IMG/VR virus record: IMGVR_UViG_3300017941_000006
Length of the DNA stretch: 20,000 bases
Strand: one strand, 5' to 3'
DNA from: an uncultured virus (IMG/VR IMGVR_UViG_3300017941_000006)
Lineage: Duplodnaviria > Heunggongvirae > Uroviricota > Caudoviricetes
This document shows positions 16,063-20,000 of the stretch, piece by piece; positions within the stretch are counted from its first letter, which is position 1, and every line of letters starts with the position of its first letter. The translations under genes were made by a program, and so were the position numbers. The notes under the pieces are model-generated. The model saw nothing but the letters and a program-made list of their open reading frames with translations, was not told where the DNA came from and ran no database searches.

Positions 16063-16092
16063 AGAAGGGGGCTTAGTCCCCCTTCTACTTTT
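16063..16092 (+). terminator. Rho-independent terminator
   Basis: AGAAGGGGG-cttagt-CCCCCTTCT then acTTTT. Confidence 0.7.
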
Positions 16093-16114
16093 CCTTAAAG
16101 GAGGAAACTAAAAA

Positions 16115-16861
16115 ATGAAAATGAGATTATTGTTTGTAATCATGATTATGATTTTGGTTTTACCAGTAATGACATTTGCCCAAGTTACGACCAGTGACTC
16201 GAAGGCTGGTGCCCTTGCTATCAGTGCCCCTACTATTAGCCCTACGGTTAATAGTAAGAACGATTCGGGAGCTATAGCAGCTGTGATGTCTTCTCCTAAC
16301 TATTTGCAACCGCAACCGATATACCCCTATCTATTGCAAATGGTTCCCGGTATGGCAGGTCGTGTGCCTGAAGGAGATGTGCCTGAGTTCTTTGCCATTC
16401 AGAGATTGAAGTTGAAGAAAGTCTTTACAAATCCTGTTACGGGTGAGGAAAGAGTTATTCAAGAAGGCGATAAGGTTATTAGGGTCGAGCCTTATACGAG
16501 AGGCGGAAGATGGATGGGCTTCTCCAGAATTGAAGATTATGATCAAGACCTTCTCGCATTGGTGCCAAAGGTTATGAAACTGTTTGGGCAGAAGGATACC
16601 ACTAATATTAGATTTGATGTCTCATTCAAGACATCCCAAAAGTCTATCGGTTCTAATGCTGGCGGTGGTGGATCGGCTGCAGGTTTTCAAGGTGGAGTCA
16701 ATCCAGTTGCCTGGGGGTCAAATGTTTCTGGAATTGGAGCATTCGCAGTTAATACCTTCGATCCAAAAATAACGCTCAAGTTCTATCTTATAAAGACCGA
16801 CCAGAAGATTTCTGAGTTGGAGTATAAAGAGCAGGGTTGGAGTAAAGCGGAATCGAAGTAG
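16115..16861 (+). CDS. Exported hypothetical protein
   Basis: Signal peptide ending VMTFA; SD AAGGAGG. Confidence 0.75.
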   Translation: MKMRLLFVIMIMILVLPVMTFAQVTTSDSKAGALAISAPTISPTVNSKNDSGAIAAVMSSPNYLQPQPIYPYLLQMVPGMAGRVPEGDVPEFFAIQRLKLKKVFTNPVTGEERVIQEGDKVIRVEPYTRGGRWMGFSRIEDYDQDLLALVPKVMKLFGQKDTTNIRFDVSFKTSQKSIGSNAGGGGSAAGFQGGVNPVAWGSNVSGIGAFAVNTFDPKITLKFYLIKTDQKISELEYKEQGWSKAESK

Positions 16862-16884
16862 GCCCCGGTTAATTCAAATAGAGA

Positions 16885-16919
16885 GGAGAGGGTAACCAAA
16901 TCCCTCTCCACTTTTCTTT
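16885..16919 (+). terminator. Rho-independent terminator
   Basis: GGAGAGGG-taaccaaat-CCCTCTCC then acTTTTcTTT. Confidence 0.65.
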
Positions 16920-16930
16920 GGAGAAAAGGG

Positions 16931-17029
16931 ATGAAAGAAAGAACAAAGGCAAATTTGAGAATTGTGATTTTATGGTTAGGCTTTGTAGCAATCTTAGCTA
17001 TTTTTATGTATTGCACAGTGAGAAAATAA
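16931..17029 (+). CDS. Small single-TM protein, 32 aa
   Basis: MKERTKANLRIVILWLGFVAILAIFMYCTVRK; GGAG upstream. Confidence 0.55.
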   Translation: MKERTKANLRIVILWLGFVAILAIFMYCTVRK

Positions 17030-17112
17030 CACCCATAGAAGGGAGGTGAAACTATGAGAAAGATGTTTGTACTAGCTGTCTCATAATTAAAGTTGGATAA
17101 GGAGGTAGAGAG

Positions 17113-17607
17113 ATGAAAAAATTATTTCTATTGATGATGGTGATTGGGTTGTTGGTGAGTGGGTGTGGCGGTCAACTAAGGAGTAACTGGGTTAGACCTG
17201 ACGGACCAACCGATTACGCTCAGCTCCGAATTGATTGGGGTTACTGTAATCAGGAATCTTCAAAGGAGATGCCCAATCAAGGACTGATTTTCATTCCCTA
17301 TTATGGCATGTACCATGCTATAAAATATTCGTATGCTATGGATGCAAAGCTTCACGAGTGCATGAAGGAAAGAGGATATGTCCTTAAAGGAGATTTAAAG
17401 ACCACCAAAGGTTACGTGAAAGAGGAATACAAAGAGGATTCTGTGGATAAGAAGGAACGTGATGAAATCTGGGTAATGGTCTTCCCTGAAGGAAGGTTTT
17501 ATCACATTCGGTCCTGTCCAGTTCTTAAAAGCTCTATTGGGCAAAATATGAAATTGAAGGATGCTGAGAAGAGAGGATATCTGCCATGTCCACATTGTAT
17601 AAAATAA
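17113..17607 (+). CDS. Lipoprotein with C-terminal Ada-like Zn-binding motif
   Basis: Lipobox LVSGC; C-terminal GRFYHIRSCPVL...AEKRGYLPCPHC; SD AAGGAGG. Confidence 0.75.
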   Translation: MKKLFLLMMVIGLLVSGCGGQLRSNWVRPDGPTDYAQLRIDWGYCNQESSKEMPNQGLIFIPYYGMYHAIKYSYAMDAKLHECMKERGYVLKGDLKTTKGYVKEEYKEDSVDKKERDEIWVMVFPEGRFYHIRSCPVLKSSIGQNMKLKDAEKRGYLPCPHCIK

Positions 17608-17655
17608 AGTGAGGATTAAGATGCCCGAGAAAAAAGTAAATGGCTGGCTTTATGG

Positions 17656-17832
17656 ATGGAAAGACATAGCCCAATAAAATGGGTTTGCAAGGGCCAGTGT
17701 AAGCCGTTTGAAACATCCCTTGCCAGTTGTTCCGACCGGATCAAAAGAGCTCATGCAGCAGGGTTGAGTGCGATTGACGAGCGAAACAGTTGCCTCAAAG
17801 ATAGGGGCTGGGTTTGGGAAGAAACAAAATAA
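17656..17832 (+). pseudogene. Fragment resembling the mature domain of the 17113 lipoprotein (no signal peptide)
   Basis: IKWVCKGQ...SLASC...NSCLKDRGWVWEETK parallels NWVRPDG...DWGYC...HECMKERGYVLK; no good SD. Confidence 0.4.
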
Positions 17833-17873
17833 ACACCTCGGGGACGGATTAGGTTAAGTCCAAAGGAGATTTT

Positions 17874-17993
17874 ATGAAAAAGATTTTGGTACTGATTTTA
17901 TGTTTTGTTTTCCTGAGCGTGATTGGATCGATGGCTGCACAACAGTATCAGTATAAGCCGCCCCCACCAAGACCGGCACCACCTCAAAATTAA
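17874..17993 (+). CDS. 39-aa secreted Pro-rich peptide precursor
   Basis: SD AAGGAG; MKKILVLILCFVFLSVIGSMAA-QQYQYKPPPPRPAPPQN. Confidence 0.6.
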   Translation: MKKILVLILCFVFLSVIGSMAAQQYQYKPPPPRPAPPQN

Positions 17994-18015
17994 AAATTCA
18001 AAGGAGGTCTAAGTC

Positions 18016-18195
18016 ATGGAGAAGAAAATTATAATTGAATGGGATAAGAATTCCAAAGCAAAAATAGAGGTCGAAGGTGCAGTCGGGCAAGAATGCATAA
18101 CATTGACAGATGCCCTTGAAAGAAGTCAGGGAACTGTGGAGAACAGAGAGCTAAAAGACGAATACAATCAAGGTGAGCCAATCAAAGTGAGGTAA
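18016..18195 (+). CDS. DUF2997-like small protein, 59 aa
   Basis: SD AAGGAGG; MEKKIIIEWDKNSKAKIEVEGAVGQECITLTDALERSQGTVENRELKDEY matches the EVxGxxGxxCxxLTxxLE...KxEY pattern. Confidence 0.7.
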   Translation: MEKKIIIEWDKNSKAKIEVEGAVGQECITLTDALERSQGTVENRELKDEYNQGEPIKVR

Positions 18196-18234
18196 TGGGT
18201 TGTTTGTTGGTCCATTAAGAGAGGGGGTAAAGTT

Positions 18235-18435
18235 ATGCCAGTTCATTTTGATGGAAGAGATTTAAAAGTAACAAAACCGAAGGAAGTTATTGAGTTGATC
18301 TTTACAGAAGACTCGATAACATCCCCGTGGTGGACGAAGGAAACAAGTAAATTGATGTGCAAACTTTGTCCCAAAAAGGATACTGAAAATTGCAATCAAA
18401 TGACTTGTCTAAATTCTAACCCTTGGTGTGGCTGA
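18235..18435 (+). CDS. Small Cys-rich hypothetical protein
   Basis: C-terminal CKLCP...CNQMTCLNSNPWCG; purine-rich SD. Confidence 0.6.
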   Translation: MPVHFDGRDLKVTKPKEVIELIFTEDSITSPWWTKETSKLMCKLCPKKDTENCNQMTCLNSNPWCG

Positions 18436-18464
18436 AACCTTAACCATGAAACGGAGGTAATGAA

Positions 18465-20000
18465 ATGGCTGATGAAAAGAAAAAAGAGAAAGATGAAGGC
18501 GTGTGGTCAAGATTCCATGAAGAGCTTGAACTAAGGATTAAAGCCGGGATAGCTTGCATATGGGTTCAGACCAATGAAGAGGAAAGAGCTCTTAAGGCAA
18601 TCAAGACAGTTTGTGATAGCCTTGATAACCTTCTCTATGTTTGGGACTTGGCTTCGGCCATGATCTATTTGTATCAGGAACAGAAAAATCCTGAGAAACC
18701 ACTTCAAGGAACGTCTGCTCTTCCGGTTGAAGCGATTGCAGCATTTAGCAAGAAGACATATCGAGATCGGTCTATTCTTGTGCTTCTTGATTACCATTGG
18801 TCGATCAATCAGCCCCTTGCTATTCGGAAACTCAAAGATGCCCTTCCAATTTTGAGAGGCAATGCAAAAGGCGTGATCTTTGTTGGGCCCCGATTGCAAA
18901 TGACGGAAGAGACAGAAAAGGATATTACGTATCTTAACCTTGATCTTCCGGGTAGGGACGAATTGAAAGTTTATCTTGGCTATGTTCGGGAGTCGGTTGC
19001 AGCCAATACCGGGAAACCTTGTAATTGCAAAGACTGTAAAGGTAAACTGGTTCATGTTACCCCGGAAACAGAAAGCAAGCTTGTTGAAGCAGCTTTAGGA
19101 CTGACAAGCCAAGAAGGAGAGGATGCCTTTAGCTTTGCCGGTGCCAAACATAACGACTTTGAGGGCAACTCTATTAACCTAATCATCGACCAGAAATGCC
19201 AGGTCTTGAAGAAAGAAGGAATTCTCGAATACATAAAGACCGAAGAGAGTATGGCGACAGTTGGTGGTTGTGAGAACATCAAGAACTGGTGCTTGAAACG
19301 GAAAAGAGCTTTTACCCCGAAGGCGTCGGCGTTTGGTCTTCCTGCTCCAAAAGGAATTATCCTGATGGGTGTTCAAGGGGCAGGGAAAAGTTTGTTGGCA
19401 AAAGCAATCGCAGCTTATTGGCAAGTTCCCCTTTTGCGTTATGATGTTGGTAAGTCATATAGCAAATGGCAAGGGGAAACAGAGGGTAGTGTTCGGAAGG
19501 TTATTGAGACCGCTGAGATCATGAGTCCATGTGTCCTCCACATTGACGAGATTGAGAAAGCCTTTTCCGGTATTCAATCTTCTGGACAAACGGACTCTGG
19601 AACGACAGCAAGGTTTGTTCAGACCTTCTTGACATGGTTACAAGAGAAGGTTAAGCCTGTATTTGTGTTTGCAACCTGTAACAATATCGGCAATTTGATA
19701 TCTGCATGTCCGGAGTTGTTAAGGAAAGGCCGATTTGATGAAATCTTTTTCGTTGATCTTCCAGATCGGAAGGCCAGATCAGAGATCATAAAGATTCATT
19801 TAAAGAAACATCCTTTGATGGATGAGAAAACCGGGAAGCTTGCTAAAGCTCGTGAATTTTCCCAAAAGGATATTGATCGAATTGTTGATGTAAGCGCTGG
19901 TCAGGGTGGTAATTCATATACCGGTGCCGAGATTGAGCAAGGTATCATTGCTGGTTTGTATGAGGCTTTTGAAGAAGGGGAGCGAGACCTTGTAGCGGAT
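18465..20000 (+). CDS. Ycf46-like AAA+ ATPase (3'-truncated by the window; absent from the ORF track)
   Basis: SD GGAGG and ATG 18465. N-domain WVQTNEEER...LLDYH; Walker A GVQGAGKS (19368-91); Walker B LHIDEIEK; SRH PELLRKGRFDEIFFVDLP. Confidence 0.9.
   Translation, partial: MADEKKKEKDEGVWSRFHEELELRIKAGIACIWVQTNEEERALKAIKTVCDSLDNLLYVWDLASAMIYLYQEQKNPEKPLQGTSALPVEAIAAFSKKTYRDRSILVLLDYHWSINQPLAIRKLKDALPILRGNAKGVIFVGPRLQMTEETEKDITYLNLDLPGRDELKVYLGYVRESVAANTGKPCNCKDCKGKLVHVTPETESKLVEAALGLTSQEGEDAFSFAGAKHNDFEGNSINLIIDQKCQVLKKEGILEYIKTEESMATVGGCENIKNWCLKRKRAFTPKASAFGLPAPKGIILMGVQGAGKSLLAKAIAAYWQVPLLRYDVGKSYSKWQGETEGSVRKVIETAEIMSPCVLHIDEIEKAFSGIQSSGQTDSGTTARFVQTFLTWLQEKVKPVFVFATCNNIGNLISACPELLRKGRFDEIFFVDLPDRKARSEIIKIHLKKHPLMDEKTGKLAKAREFSQKDIDRIVDVSAGQGGNSYTGAEIEQGIIAGLYEAFEEGERDLVAD

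Noticed and set aside
18531..19424. Minus-strand ORFs here and the other short antisense or overlapping ORFs in the track
   Set aside because: They are shadows of well-supported + strand genes, with no motifs or SDs.

Overview
AT-rich segment of a large contractile-tailed (myovirus-like) phage or prophage, with all credible genes on the + strand. 1-11125 is a baseplate/tail-fibre module: a LysM + gp25-like fusion, an enlarged baseplate J protein, a wedge protein apparently split over two genes carrying 18 CxC(D/N)xxCYG repeats, and three tail/fibre proteins. 11136-15110 is a lysis module (pesticin/T4-lysozyme-like muramidase, His-rich holin candidate, membrane and lipoprotein spanin candidates, implying a diderm host). 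It is interleaved with an island of predicted structured RNAs: four copies of a covarying 'stem-ACAGCAA-stem' motif and two further pseudoknotted elements. After a sigma70 promoter at 15134 comes an early/accessory region. Its first gene (15245-15646) is disrupted by an internal 191-bp inversion, and flipping the segment back restores one open 133-aa frame. Small exported proteins, a DUF2997-like gene and a Ycf46-like AAA ATPase running off the end follow. All family calls come from motif recognition by eye; no searches were run.
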